A stretch of DNA of 64,000 nucleotides from a bacterium (GCA_021801565.1 JAJYXV010000003.1:196894-260893), one strand, 5' to 3'. Numbered from the stretch's first letter, positions 19,593 through 30,166 are shown. Notes: generated by a model not told the origin, from the sequence alone. Program-made: numbers and translations.

Positions 19593-20813
19593 TTACCGTT
19601 TTATCATTATTGATTTTATCGTTTCTATTGCCTTTTCGAGTTGAGGGTCTTTTTTATTTTTAATGTCGTCATCTGTCATTTTTATTTCGATGTCTGGTGC
19701 AAGCCCCTTTTTATTTATTGAGTGTCCACTTGGAGTGAGCCACTCGGCGATTGAAATTTTTATTGATGATCCATCCTTCAGCGTGTCCACCTCTTGTACC
19801 GTTCCCTTTCCATATGTCTTTTCTCCGATGAGTTTTGCTCCTCTTTGATCTCGAAGTGCTCCGGCAAGAATTTCCGACGCTGACGCAGATCCTTCATTTA
19901 CCAATACGACAATAGGAATGTTTACAAGCGCTTGATTTCCATTTGCATAAAAATTCTTTTCTTCAGAGGAATAGAATTTTTCTTTTACGGCTATTTTCCC
20001 CCGTGGAAGAAACCACCCGGAAAGATCTGTTGCAACATCGAGAAATCCGCCCGGATTGTTCCGGAGATCGAGAATAATTCCGGTTGTTCCCGAAACAAGA
20101 CTTTTAAGCGCTGAATCAAAGAAAAGCGACGGAACATTTGCGTTGAAATTATAGAGTCTGAAATATGCGATTCCATCTGGTTTCATTTCCCAGTCGAGCG
20201 TGGGAACAACAACAACCTTTCTTGTGATTTTAAATTCTTTTGCCTCTTTCCACTCATCCCTGAATATCATGAGACGCACTTCAGTTCCTGGCTCACCGCG
20301 GATGACTTTTACCGCATCTTCCACAGACATATTCGTTGTTACTTTGTCATCGATTTTTATTATTTTATCTCCCGCTTGGAGTCCGGCGGCTTCTGCCGGA
20401 TTGTTTTTAAGTGGGGCGATAATAATTATTTCTTTGTCTTTCATTCCGATTTCTGCACCGATGCCGCCAAAACTTCCATTAAGATCTTCATAGAATTTTT
20501 TTGCATCGCTTGGATTGAAAAAGTCAGAATATGGATCATCGAGTGATTTTACAACTCCATCAATTGCTCCGTAGAGTAAGTTCTGATCTTTTATATTTTT
20601 TGCGTCGAAATATTTTTCTTTTATAAGTCCTATTGTTTCCCAAAGAACGGACAGATCGGCATTGAGCACTGAATTCTCTGGAGTTGCCGCAGATGCCGAA
20701 AATCCGTTATTGTTTTTTCCAACATTTACCCCTATAAAAAATGAGATTCCAACTAAAAATAGCGTCGTTATTGACACAATAATAATTTTTTGTATCTTTT
20801 TTTGTTCCATCAT
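19593..20813 (-). CDS. S41-family C-terminal processing peptidase (Ctp/Prc) with PDZ domain
   Basis: 406 aa. N-terminal TM helix, PDZ segment (GLQAGDKIIKIDD) and S41 catalytic region (LVNEGSASASEILAGAL, GEKTYGKG). Confidence 0.8.
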   Translation of the reverse strand: MMEQKKIQKIIIVSITTLFLVGISFFIGVNVGKNNNGFSASAATPENSVLNADLSVLWETIGLIKEKYFDAKNIKDQNLLYGAIDGVVKSLDDPYSDFFNPSDAKKFYEDLNGSFGGIGAEIGMKDKEIIIIAPLKNNPAEAAGLQAGDKIIKIDDKVTTNMSVEDAVKVIRGEPGTEVRLMIFRDEWKEAKEFKITRKVVVVPTLDWEMKPDGIAYFRLYNFNANVPSLFFDSALKSLVSGTTGIILDLRNNPGGFLDVATDLSGWFLPRGKIAVKEKFYSSEEKNFYANGNQALVNIPIVVLVNEGSASASEILAGALRDQRGAKLIGEKTYGKGTVQEVDTLKDGSSIKISIAEWLTPSGHSINKKGLAPDIEIKMTDDDIKNKKDPQLEKAIETIKSIMIKR

Positions 20814-20864
20814 ATATATTCTCTGATTTTACCCCATAAGAGATGAAACCACAAATACATATTA

Positions 20865-22580
20865 TTATTCTGTTGTAATAAAAATTTTACTTTCTTTTTT
20901 AGGGACACTTCCTAACCAAAACGCCCATTTTGGTTCAAGTGATGTTTGTGCATTTTCGAGCCCTGGAATTGAATAAATGATTTGTTGCATTTCACTTCTT
21001 GTCTTTCCACTCAGTTCCCGTTTTAATTGATCAATGTTTATATCGGGGATGAATGTTGTATTTCCAGAGGCAGAAACGGTCAATTTTTCGTCGTTAAATG
21101 CAGGCTGAAGAAGTGTGTATGAAATAACGAAATTTTCTGCTTTCATAGGGATATCTCCGGAAATTGTTTTTTTGTTCTTTTCTATAATTGCTTCTTTCAG
21201 TGTCGTTTCATCAAACGCAAATTGTTTCATTTCTCCCTCCTCATAGAGCACGAAATTTTCAGGGTCATTCTCGGGATATTGGAACTCTTTTTTTGTAATT
21301 TGGAATAGCATTCCTTCTTCGGGTGTTTTAAATTTCTCTCCAAGAAGAACAACCATTTGTGCTTGGAGTGAATTCTTTAGTGCTGTAGTAACTGCGGTTT
21401 CTGCGTTTTTTTTGTCCTCATCGGTAGCCGAGAGATGTTCTCCGATTGTTCCTCCGGAAATTGATTTTGTGTTTTCTCCATAAAATCCATTGTATTTGGG
21501 CGTTCCTTTCAGTCCAGGTATTTTCCATCCAGAAGAAGGCGGAATATTATATTCTTGACCCGCTTCATCAGCCACGATTTCTATATCTATTGATGATGGA
21601 ATAATTTTACCGTTTTGAACACGCGATCCGGGGATAGTAATTTGTTTTTCTGTTCTAAATATTTTTCCATTTGGAGATTCAAAACGAGTTTTTGTTATAA
21701 GAATTTGAGGAACAGAGCTAAATGAATTATGGACAGTGAGAGTTCCTCTCGCTTTCTCTTTTACCTCTTCTTTTCCATTTGCCTTAAACGTCATTTGTAT
21801 ATTTTGTGTTGCTTGCAAAAGTTCTCCCGGGAGTATTATTTTTCCCTGATTTTCTATTGAATAACGGGTTGCTTCCGTTGTTATTTCAATTGTTTCACTG
21901 AAATTGATTGGAATTTTTTTTAGAAGTAAATTGATATGTGCGGAAGGGAGTTCAAATATAACGAGCCATAAACCAATAATACATAATATTGCAATACTAC
22001 CCCACACAAAAAGATATTTATTTTTTACTAAAGTTCTTTTCTTTTTCTTCGGAGAAGCAAAAACAAATGCCTCTGTTTTTTCTTTTATTTCTTCTCTTTT
22101 TTCTCTGACTTCTTTTTGAATTTGTTCCTCTTCCCTTTCTCCAGTGGTTGTCTCTATCGAAACCTTTTCCTCAATTTTCTTTTTTCTCCCCCTTTTTGGC
22201 ATTGATTCTTCCCTTTCTTTAGGAATGAGAGTTTCATCAATAATTGTTGCTTCAATTTTTGGAAATTGGATGGATTTTTTTAAACCCGGTAAGATATCAG
22301 ACACGGCACGCTCGCTGATTCGAAACACCGGATTTATCGCTTTTAGTTTTGCGAGTGAAGCAATTTCGAGAATATGATCGTCAATTGATTCAATAATAAT
22401 TTCTTTTTTCTCCTCTCTCCCGAGTTTCTGTATGTCTTGAAATATTTCTATCCCCCCTTCTGCTACTGAACCTTTTGAAATATTCAAAATAATGCGATCG
22501 GCGTTTGTCTCCTTTATTTCACCAAAAATTTTTTCAAGTGTATACTTTTTATCTACAAATATTTTTTTTTCTTTTTTCAT
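20865..22580 (-). CDS. hypothetical bitopic membrane protein (possible PilN/PilO-like partner of the upstream actin-like protein)
   Basis: 571 aa. Charged, Lys/Glu-rich cytoplasmic N-terminus, one TM helix (LFVWGSIAILCIIGLWLVIF) and a large extracytoplasmic domain. Confidence 0.45.
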   Translation of the reverse strand: MKKEKKIFVDKKYTLEKIFGEIKETNADRIILNISKGSVAEGGIEIFQDIQKLGREEKKEIIIESIDDHILEIASLAKLKAINPVFRISERAVSDILPGLKKSIQFPKIEATIIDETLIPKEREESMPKRGRKKKIEEKVSIETTTGEREEEQIQKEVREKREEIKEKTEAFVFASPKKKKRTLVKNKYLFVWGSIAILCIIGLWLVIFELPSAHINLLLKKIPINFSETIEITTEATRYSIENQGKIILPGELLQATQNIQMTFKANGKEEVKEKARGTLTVHNSFSSVPQILITKTRFESPNGKIFRTEKQITIPGSRVQNGKIIPSSIDIEIVADEAGQEYNIPPSSGWKIPGLKGTPKYNGFYGENTKSISGGTIGEHLSATDEDKKNAETAVTTALKNSLQAQMVVLLGEKFKTPEEGMLFQITKKEFQYPENDPENFVLYEEGEMKQFAFDETTLKEAIIEKNKKTISGDIPMKAENFVISYTLLQPAFNDEKLTVSASGNTTFIPDINIDQLKRELSGKTRSEMQQIIYSIPGLENAQTSLEPKWAFWLGSVPKKESKIFITTE

Positions 22581-22589
22581 GAATATAAT

Positions 22590-23759
22590 TTATGAAATAT
22601 TTGCAATAAGCCATTTTGCCCGACGGTGAAGGAGTTGATTTGTGGATTCCAATGTTTTTTGAGAAAAAGGATAAAGAAAAAGTCCTATAACCGAGATGTT
22701 TGTTTTTTCTTCTTCTGGAATGATTGAAAAATCCATATGATGCAATTTTTGTTCAAGTAAATTCACGGTTCCTTTTATATTTTTGTTCAATAATTGATTT
22801 GGTTCTGAAATAGCATGTTTGAAATTCAGGTGTATTGTAGGCTTTCTTTTTTCCTTTTCTGCTCTCTGTTTTCTATTTTTTGATAATGTATTTTCAATTC
22901 CCACAAATAAATCAGAGACAAATTCGTTGAATTGTTCCCTGAAGAAGTGTTCCAGGTGTTTTGATACTCCGTGCTGTGTGTAGTATATCATAAGTTCTTC
23001 GGCAACTTCCTCATTCACCGAAAATTTTTCAACAAGAAATGACAAAAGATGTTTTGTTCCGAGTGGAATCTCATCAATATAACACACCTTTCGTTCACCG
23101 GCGAAGAAAATCTCAGTTGCTTCTTCCCGACAAAATGCTGTGACATCCATTTCATCACCAAGCATGAAATGCGAAAGCGCTGCTCCTTCTTCGCATATTG
23201 TCATATTTTGTGACCATGCACGAAGCGTTTCTGTGAATGGCATTATTTCGCGTGGAATAAAGGTACCTTGAAAACAGAAAGAAACCGTTTCTCCCGGAAA
23301 TCCCGTTGGATTGATTACTTTGTTTCCGTCAAGTTCTATGCCGACTATCTCTATGTTTGCAAGAATAAGATCACTTTCTTTTGTTTCCATCTTTCGGGCG
23401 ATCCACGGACGGTTTAAATTTAAAAAATTCCAAAGTCCCTGAAAAATGAGATGTTCAAGTTCTCTTTCGGTGATGGCATTTTCTTTCCTGTTTCTTTTTA
23501 CGTCAATAAAATCTTTTAGTGTTGTTGCGGATTTTGAATCCAGTCCGTAGATGAGCCGGTCTGCTTTGAGAAGTGGTTTTTTAAACTCCTGTATATTTGA
23601 TCCGGATATTTTATTGAATATATGAAGTGTTTTTCCCCTTTCTTTTATAAATCCTTCAATAATTTCTAATCCAGTTCCTGTTTTTCTGAGTACTACACAA
23701 TATTCACCACGGAGTAGGGTGAGCATTTTTCTTATAAATTCAAAGGTATTTTTCTTCAC
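22590..23759 (-). CDS. actin-like ATPase-fold protein (PilM/FtsA-like)
   Basis: 389 aa. Phosphate-1-like VVLRKTGTGLEII and IPLGTKHLLSFL resemble the FtsA/PilM IPxGGnhxTxDI motif. Confidence 0.45.
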   Translation of the reverse strand: MKKNTFEFIRKMLTLLRGEYCVVLRKTGTGLEIIEGFIKERGKTLHIFNKISGSNIQEFKKPLLKADRLIYGLDSKSATTLKDFIDVKRNRKENAITERELEHLIFQGLWNFLNLNRPWIARKMETKESDLILANIEIVGIELDGNKVINPTGFPGETVSFCFQGTFIPREIMPFTETLRAWSQNMTICEEGAALSHFMLGDEMDVTAFCREEATEIFFAGERKVCYIDEIPLGTKHLLSFLVEKFSVNEEVAEELMIYYTQHGVSKHLEHFFREQFNEFVSDLFVGIENTLSKNRKQRAEKEKRKPTIHLNFKHAISEPNQLLNKNIKGTVNLLEQKLHHMDFSIIPEEEKTNISVIGLFLYPFSQKTLESTNQLLHRRAKWLIANIS

Positions 23760-23792
23760 TGTAATGATATTATTATATCACTGGTTTTATTG

Positions 23793-25604
23793 TTATGTTA
23801 CCACTGCCTTAATTCTTCTTGTTCCCGCAGCTACCGCTTCTTCTTTTATGATTTTAAATTTTCCAATTTGTCCGGTATGTTCAACATGTGGTCCTCCGCA
23901 AATCTCTGTGGAATAATCTCCTATAAAATAAACTTTTACTTTTTCTCCAAGACTTTTATATTTTTCCTCAAAAAGACCAATAGCTCCTCTTCTTTTTGCC
24001 TCTTCCACCGTAAGCATCTCAAAGTGTACGGGGAGATTCTCGTTTATCTTTGTGTTCACAATTCTTTCGACTGCTGAAATTTCTTCTGGTGTCATTTTTG
24101 TAGAATGTGAAAAATCAAATCGAAGACGTTCTTTTGTAAGATTACTTCCTTTCTGTTCCACGTGTTCGCCGAGTATTTCACGAAGTGCTTTGTGGAGTAA
24201 GTGTGTGGTGGTGTGATATTTTATGACTTCTTCGGAGTGATCGGCGAGTCCTCCCTTAAAGGCGCCAGCTGATGCTGTACGTGAAAGTTCTTGATGTTTT
24301 TTAAATTCTTCTTCAAATTCCCTTTTATTTATTATGAATCCTCTTTCGTTGGATAATTCTTCTGTAAGTTCAATAGGAAAACCATATGATTGATAAAGAT
24401 CGAAAGCAATCTTTCCATCAATTGAAGGAAGTTTTTCAAATTCACGAAGCCCTCTTTCAAGTGCTATTGCAAATTTTTCTTCTTCTTTTTCCATTTCTTC
24501 AGCAATTCTTTCTTTATTTTTCTCAAGCTCCGGATATGTGTGTTTGAATATCTGAATTACTTTTTCTGCAATTTCTTTTATAAACTTTTTTTCAATTCCG
24601 ATCTTTTTTCCATATCTCACTGTTCTTCTCACGAGCTTGCGAAGCACATATCCTTGGCCTATATTTGATGGAATAATTCCTCGCTCATCACCCGAAATAA
24701 ACACCGCCGCACGTATATGGTCGGCAATAATTCGTATTGATCGTGTGATACCATCATTCGTACCGTATTTTTTGCCCGATAATTTTTCAATTTCCTCAAT
24801 AATCGGTTTAAATGTATCAATAAAATACACATCACAATTATTTAACACCGCGACAGTGCGTTCGAGTCCCATACCCGTGTCAACGTTTTTTTGTTTGAGT
24901 GGAACAAATTCATACTCTTTTTCAATTGTTGTTTGTCGTAAGTTGTTTGTCGTAAGTTGTTTGTTATATTCCATAAACACATCATTCCAGATTTCTACCC
25001 AAAGCGAATTGTCGTCATTGAATGATTCGGGGATTTCGTCTGGTTTTCCCGTCCAATAAAACATTTCCGTATCGGGTCCACAGGGCCCGGTTTCTCCAGC
25101 GGGTCCCCACCAATTATTTTTCTTCGGAAGTTTTGCAATTCTTTTTTCCGAAATTCCCATTAATTTCCATATATCAAAAGCTTCTTGGTCAAATGGCGCA
25201 TCTTCGTCGCCTTGAAATACAGATACCGCAATTTTATTTTTATCCAATCCAAGCCATTTTTTTGATGTTAAAAATTCAACACTCATCTCAATTGCTTCTT
25301 TTTTCCAATACACATTTCCCAAACCCCAGTTTCCGAGCATTTCAAAAAATGTAAGATGTGTTGCATCTCCCACTTCATCAATATCTCCCGTGCGGATACA
25401 TTTTTGGCATGAAGTGAGTTTATTTCCTCCCGGATGCGGTTCACCTAAAAGATACGGCACAAGTGGATGCATACCCGCAGTGGTAAAAAGCACCGATGGA
25501 TCGTTTTCCGGAATCAAAGATGCTGAAGGAATCACGGTATGTCCCTTTGATTTAAAGAATTCCAGATAAAGTTTTCTTATTTCTTCCGTTGTTCTCATAA
25601 ACAT
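23793..25604 (-). CDS. alaS: alanyl-tRNA synthetase (lacks C-terminal C-Ala domain)
   Basis: 603 aa. FTTAGMHPLVPYLLG, editing-domain HTTTHLLHKALREILG and CGGPHV. Canonical AlaRS is about 870 aa. Confidence 0.85.
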   Translation of the reverse strand: MFMRTTEEIRKLYLEFFKSKGHTVIPSASLIPENDPSVLFTTAGMHPLVPYLLGEPHPGGNKLTSCQKCIRTGDIDEVGDATHLTFFEMLGNWGLGNVYWKKEAIEMSVEFLTSKKWLGLDKNKIAVSVFQGDEDAPFDQEAFDIWKLMGISEKRIAKLPKKNNWWGPAGETGPCGPDTEMFYWTGKPDEIPESFNDDNSLWVEIWNDVFMEYNKQLTTNNLRQTTIEKEYEFVPLKQKNVDTGMGLERTVAVLNNCDVYFIDTFKPIIEEIEKLSGKKYGTNDGITRSIRIIADHIRAAVFISGDERGIIPSNIGQGYVLRKLVRRTVRYGKKIGIEKKFIKEIAEKVIQIFKHTYPELEKNKERIAEEMEKEEEKFAIALERGLREFEKLPSIDGKIAFDLYQSYGFPIELTEELSNERGFIINKREFEEEFKKHQELSRTASAGAFKGGLADHSEEVIKYHTTTHLLHKALREILGEHVEQKGSNLTKERLRFDFSHSTKMTPEEISAVERIVNTKINENLPVHFEMLTVEEAKRRGAIGLFEEKYKSLGEKVKVYFIGDYSTEICGGPHVEHTGQIGKFKIIKEEAVAAGTRRIKAVVT

Positions 25605-25713
25605 CGATATGTATTGATATTTTATATGATTTTCTTATATCTTTGAACCTTGACATATTCATGGAGGTTTATTTATTATAGGGCTAGCGCCAAAACAAAA
25701 TACACGGAGAAAG

Positions 25714-25952
25714 AAATGATACTATGGGCTTGGAAAGGAAGATTCGTTATTACTTTTGAGAAAGCTCCATATAGGGGAGAAAAAGATACGCTCAAAATCG
25801 TCAAAATTTTATTTCCTTCAAAGTCTCCAGATTCTTCCAATATCAATGTTAGTCCACTTGAAAGGGATGGAAAATCCTTTTGGATTGATCGAAAAAATTG
25901 CTACCCGCTTTGGAGATTAAGAAGTATTTTGAAGGAAAAATTCAGTTGTTAG
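25714..25952 (+). CDS. hypothetical small protein
   Basis: 79 aa from the ATG that follows GGAG. The track ORF begins at 25650. Confidence 0.35.
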
Positions 25953-26026
25953 TAGTTAGTATTAAGCTATTATAAAAATATGCACGATGTGCGGATTTTT
26001 TAATCTTTCCAGATGGTTTTTAATCA

Positions 26027-26056
26027 TTGACTTAGGTGCAAAAATTGATTTATTAT
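26027..26056 (+). promoter_or_regulatory. sigma70-type promoter
   Basis: TTGACT, 18-nt spacer, TATTAT(AAT). It lies about 35 nt upstream of the small ORF at 26091. Confidence 0.45.
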
Positions 26057-26090
26057 AATGCTAGTACTAAAACAATTGATTGGAGGATGT

Positions 26091-26237
26091 TATGACAAAA
26101 GTGAGAGTCTTTGGGCTTACTAGGAAATGTGTTGGTCTCCCTGTTTTCATTGATAATAAAACAAATGAAGATGGAACTATATTTCTCCTAATTTGCCGTG
26201 GAAAAGAATTAAAGAAAAAACCAAGGAGGGAAAAATG
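26091..26237 (+). CDS. 48-aa small ORF (not in the ORF track)
   Basis: GGAGG then ATG. Translation is MTKVRVFGLTRKCVGLPVFIDNKTNEDGTIFLLICRGKELKKKPRREK. Its stop overlaps the next gene's start (ATGA). Confidence 0.35.
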
Positions 26238-26636
26238 AACTCAGTAAAAGCGTTAAACAGAATTGAAATTTTTGACATCATTAAAGAAATACATGAGAAA
26301 AGTAAAGGAGAAAGGACATTAAGTGTTTGCTTTTACAAAATTGGAAATTCTGAATGTATTGGGTTTTATTTGATATCCAAAAAACATCAGAGTCCCGAAA
26401 AAATTTTATCTCTCATGGAGGAGATTGGGGAAAAACTCAAAATAGCTCAGATATGTCTTGTTGAAAATATTGGCGAAGAGTTGTATATTGTTATGGAAAA
26501 TTTCAATAAAGAAGATAAGGATCTTCTTGCAGAAAATATCAAGAAGATAGATATGGGAAATTTCTTTTCGCATATAAACAATATCTTTGGGATCTTCAAT
26601 TTTATCTTCCATCCGTTCGTAAATTCTCAAAATTGA
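26235..26636 (+). CDS. hypothetical protein
   Basis: 134 aa from the ATG that follows AGGAGGG (track ORF starts at 26193). No motif recognised. Confidence 0.5.
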   Translation: MNSVKALNRIEIFDIIKEIHEKSKGERTLSVCFYKIGNSECIGFYLISKKHQSPEKILSLMEEIGEKLKIAQICLVENIGEELYIVMENFNKEDKDLLAENIKKIDMGNFFSHINNIFGIFNFIFHPFVNSQN

Positions 26637-26640
26637 TCAA

Positions 26641-26668
26641 AAACTCCACGTTTAGTGGAGTTTTTTTG
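26641..26668. terminator. bidirectional rho-independent terminator
   Basis: aactccac-gttt-agtggagtt hairpin followed by ttttt. It sits between the convergent hypothetical gene and rpoD. Confidence 0.7.
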
Positions 26669-26669
26669 T

Positions 26670-27845
26670 TTAATACCCTTCCAGTTTTTTTATCTTGTGA
26701 TGATTTCTGATTTTTTCTAACGCCTTTGCTTCAATTTGACGAATACGTTCACGAGTGACTCCGAATACTTTTCCTACTTCTTCAAGTGTGTGCGAAATAT
26801 TGTCATCGAGTCCAAAACGCATTGCGAGAATTTTTCTTTCCCGCTCGGTGAGATCAATAAGTACTTCTTTAATGTAATCACGGAGCAACGCTTGGTTTGC
26901 GAGTTGATCGGGGCTTAAACTTGTTTCGTCCTTGATAAAATCGGCAAGCATTGAATCTTCGTCGTCATCTCCCACTGGAGCTTCAAGTGAAATGACTTCC
27001 TGTGAAATTTTCTGAATGTAATGAATTTTTTCGACGTTCATTCCCATTTCATTTGCAATTTCTTCGGGAAGCGCTTCGCGTCCCAATTCTTGCATCAATC
27101 GCCGTCTCACCTGTGTGTATTTTGTGATTGTTTCAACCATATGCACAGGAATTCGAATGGTGCGCGAATAATCAGCGAGTGCTCGGGTGATTGCCTGACG
27201 AATCCACCATGTGGCGTATGTTGAAAACTTGAATCCTTTATGATAATCGAATTTATCTACCGCTCGAGAAAGTCCAATGTTCCCTTCTTGCACAAGATCG
27301 AGAATACTCAAATGCGGGGAACGGTTCACATATCGTTTTGCAATAGACACCACAAGACGAAGATTTGCTTGAATCAACTTTTTTCTTGATATTTCATCCC
27401 CCTTTTCGATTTTCTTCGCGAGTTCTTTTTCTTCTTTTGAATTTAAGAGTGGTGTTCGTCCAATCTCTTTTAGATACATTTGTACCGCATCGGGGAGATT
27501 TTGGTCGATACGAGTTGCATCTCTCAATTCTTCAACTGTAATTTCTTCATGCTCGGATTTAATAAGTGAGGTGGTTGGAGATTTTACCTTAATCCCTTCT
27601 TTTTCGAGGCGATTATACACGTGCTCAAGATAACTTACATGTTTTTCGATGTCAGGAAAGTAATTTAATACTTCAGCATCAGTGACGAAACTCCGCGTCC
27701 GTCCACGGCGCACTAATTCTTCAAGCGATTTGTTATATTCCTCTTCTATTTCAAGAACCTTTTTGCTTATTGGGGGGTTTTTTGATGATTGAGATGTCTT
27801 TTTTACCTTTCTCTTTACTATTTTTTTACCTTTTTTCTTATTCAT
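26670..27845 (-). CDS. rpoD: RNA polymerase sigma factor (sigma-70, primary)
   Basis: 391 aa. Region 2 [16 protein letters not shown]...[15 protein letters not shown] and the region 4 helix-turn-helix are present. Confidence 0.9.
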   Translation of the reverse strand: MNKKKGKKIVKRKVKKTSQSSKNPPISKKVLEIEEEYNKSLEELVRRGRTRSFVTDAEVLNYFPDIEKHVSYLEHVYNRLEKEGIKVKSPTTSLIKSEHEEITVEELRDATRIDQNLPDAVQMYLKEIGRTPLLNSKEEKELAKKIEKGDEISRKKLIQANLRLVVSIAKRYVNRSPHLSILDLVQEGNIGLSRAVDKFDYHKGFKFSTYATWWIRQAITRALADYSRTIRIPVHMVETITKYTQVRRRLMQELGREALPEEIANEMGMNVEKIHYIQKISQEVISLEAPVGDDDEDSMLADFIKDETSLSPDQLANQALLRDYIKEVLIDLTERERKILAMRFGLDDNISHTLEEVGKVFGVTRERIRQIEAKALEKIRNHHKIKKLEGY

Positions 27846-29554
27846 ATTTTTGATTTGAGTTCATGTATTTTTTTTGTGATTAAATCGAATTCTTGCAAAC
27901 ACGCTTTAATCTGCTCCTCATTATTTTTTTGTTCAGCCGATTTTAGTTTTTTTTGTATCTCGAGTTGTTTTTGTTTCATGTTTTCGAGTCGTAAATATGA
28001 AACAAGGTCATTAAATTCTTTTTTTAACACTTTTTGGGATGTATCTGAAAACTCATAACTTCCCCGCATCTTAAGAATTGATGCTTGTTCAGAACTCGGA
28101 TCATCTAATATGGGTATATATTCATGAGCAATAAACTCTTTTTCCGATTTTACTATATCCCAAAATTCATCATTAGTAAATGCTAGTGCGAGCAAACGTT
28201 CGGTGATGAGTTTTATTCGTGATGAAACATTTGTTTCTTCAGGATATTTTATTTCTTTTTTTCCCTCTGTAGTTTTTCCCTCTGTTTGTTTTAATTCCTC
28301 AAGCTCGGCGCTTAATATGTCTTCTCGCATTCCGGTTATTCGTGCGAGATCTTTTATGAGGATATTCTGTTCGACGCTACTTTTTAGCTTTTTTATTTTT
28401 TCGAGGAGATGTCTCACTATCTTTTTTATTTCGGCAATATCATTGTTTTGTTTTTCCCCGTCTTTTCCAAAATAATAATTAAGGAGATATGAAAATGCAG
28501 GTTTTGCACATTCTATTGCTTTTGATAAAAATGCTGGATCTTCCTCGCATGCTTCGGCTGGATCTTTATATTTTCCTAACTCAATTGCTTTCATATGAAA
28601 ATCAAACTCTGAAAATATTTCAAAACTTCTTTCAAGTGCATGAAGACCCGCAGAATCATTGTCGAAACTCACGATGATGGTTTCTGCCACACGGCGAATT
28701 TTCTCTAAATGTTGTCGCGTGAGCCCCGTTCCGGAAACCGCAATTCCGTTTTTCACCCCAGATTGCCATGCCATCAGAAAATCCATCTGTCCTTCAACAA
28801 GAAATGCGGAATTTAATCTCGCAATTTCATGTTTTGACCTATGAAATCCGTATAAAACACGGGACTTGTTAAAAATCGGCGTTTCGGGGGAATTTAAATA
28901 TTTCGGGGCATCAGTGCGCTCTCCCATGTATCGCCCGGTGAATGCCACCACTTTTTCTACAGTATTGCACATTGGAAATATAATACGCTCTTCAAAACGA
29001 TCGCGGAACAGTCCACGGTTATTTTTATATGCAAGACCAGATTTCGATATGTTATTGATGTCAAATCCATATTTTAGGAGATGGAGCGTAAGTGATTCAC
29101 CACCTATGGCATATCCGAGTTGGAATTCTTTTATTGTGTCTTCATTTAATTTTCTCTTTTTTAAATACGCAAGCGCTTTTTCATTTCTTTCAAGTTGTTT
29201 TTGGAAAAATTCCGTTGCAATGACATGGATGTCATATAACACCCCAAACTCTTTTTGCTGTGCAGGATTCAAATGTTGAAGTGAAATTCCCGCTTTTTCT
29301 GCAAGGAAACGGAGCGCTTCGGGAAATTCAAGGTTGTCATATTTCATGACAAATTTAATAATGTCTCCCCCTTCTCCGCAACCGAAACAATGCCAAATTT
29401 GCTTATCAGGCGAAATAATAAGTGATGGCGTTTTCTCGTGGTGAAATGGACATATTGCCTTGAAGTTTCTTCCCGCGGGAGAAACGGTGATATATGAACG
29501 TAAAAACTCGACAATATCGAGTTTGTTTTTTATGAGATCAGTTTCCTTTATCAT
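27842..29554 (-). CDS. dnaG: DNA primase
   Basis: 570 aa. CHC2 zinc finger [11 protein letters not shown]...HCFGCG and a TOPRIM domain (EGQMDFL). It overlaps rpoD by 4 nt, the classic dnaG-rpoD operon arrangement. Confidence 0.9.
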   Translation of the reverse strand: MIKETDLIKNKLDIVEFLRSYITVSPAGRNFKAICPFHHEKTPSLIISPDKQIWHCFGCGEGGDIIKFVMKYDNLEFPEALRFLAEKAGISLQHLNPAQQKEFGVLYDIHVIATEFFQKQLERNEKALAYLKKRKLNEDTIKEFQLGYAIGGESLTLHLLKYGFDINNISKSGLAYKNNRGLFRDRFEERIIFPMCNTVEKVVAFTGRYMGERTDAPKYLNSPETPIFNKSRVLYGFHRSKHEIARLNSAFLVEGQMDFLMAWQSGVKNGIAVSGTGLTRQHLEKIRRVAETIIVSFDNDSAGLHALERSFEIFSEFDFHMKAIELGKYKDPAEACEEDPAFLSKAIECAKPAFSYLLNYYFGKDGEKQNNDIAEIKKIVRHLLEKIKKLKSSVEQNILIKDLARITGMREDILSAELEELKQTEGKTTEGKKEIKYPEETNVSSRIKLITERLLALAFTNDEFWDIVKSEKEFIAHEYIPILDDPSSEQASILKMRGSYEFSDTSQKVLKKEFNDLVSYLRLENMKQKQLEIQKKLKSAEQKNNEEQIKACLQEFDLITKKIHELKSKI

Positions 29555-29560
29555 AAAATG

Positions 29561-30076
29561 TTATTTCCCTTCGGCTTTTAGTTTTTCTATCTCAATTGAA
29601 AGCTGTTTAATGCCCTGCTCTATTTTTTCAAGCGTAGTTTTTGTGTGAATTTCCATTTCTTCGTCTTCTTGAATCTCATCAATATTTTTTGAAATTTCAT
29701 CAACGTCTTCTTGAATTTCATCAACATCCTCTTGAATCTCATCAATATCTTTTGAAACTTCATCAACATCGGTTGTAATTTCTTCGACATCCTCTTGAAT
29801 CTCATCAATGTTTTTTTCAACCTCTTCTAAACTTTCGTTATGTCTGTTTACAGACATCTGAATGAAGATAGCGAGATAAATCGCTTCAAGAGAAACTACT
29901 GTGGTAAGAACAAGAAGAACTTCGTCCATGGGGACAATTTTGAGATATGGCAATACGATCGCAATTATGAAGATAATTGTATGAATAAAAAGGGAGGCAG
30001 AGGTGCCAATCCACTTGGTTGCTCTCAGTGAAAGATCTTGAGATGATCCGTTTTTGTTTTTCAATGCCGTCATCAC
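29561..30076 (-). CDS. DUF1003-family membrane protein with acidic repeat tail
   Basis: 171 aa. WIGTSASLFIHTIIFIIAIVL matches the DUF1003 core. The C-terminus carries decapeptide repeats of the form DEIQEDVDEI. Confidence 0.55.
   Translation of the reverse strand: MMTALKNKNGSSQDLSLRATKWIGTSASLFIHTIIFIIAIVLPYLKIVPMDEVLLVLTTVVSLEAIYLAIFIQMSVNRHNESLEEVEKNIDEIQEDVEEITTDVDEVSKDIDEIQEDVDEIQEDVDEISKNIDEIQEDEEMEIHTKTTLEKIEQGIKQLSIEIEKLKAEGK
29664..29815. repeat. in-frame ~30-nt tandem repeats (coding, DUF1003 tail)
   Basis: Reiterated ttcttgaatctcatcaatat... units encode (I/V)DE(I/V)QEDV repeats. Confidence 0.7.
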
Positions 30077-30166
30077 GGCTCAGTATATCACGAGAAAACG
30101 TCTATTGAAAGTGCATGATTTTAGTTTTAAAATCTAAAATAGTCTTACTTAACAAAGGAGGTCCTT

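Noticed and set aside
30105-30140. Inverted repeat attttag-N9-ctaaaat between divergent DUF1003 and plsY, considered as an operator
   Set aside because: It is AT-only and short, so it is expected by chance in this AT-rich intergenic DNA. No second copy was seen.
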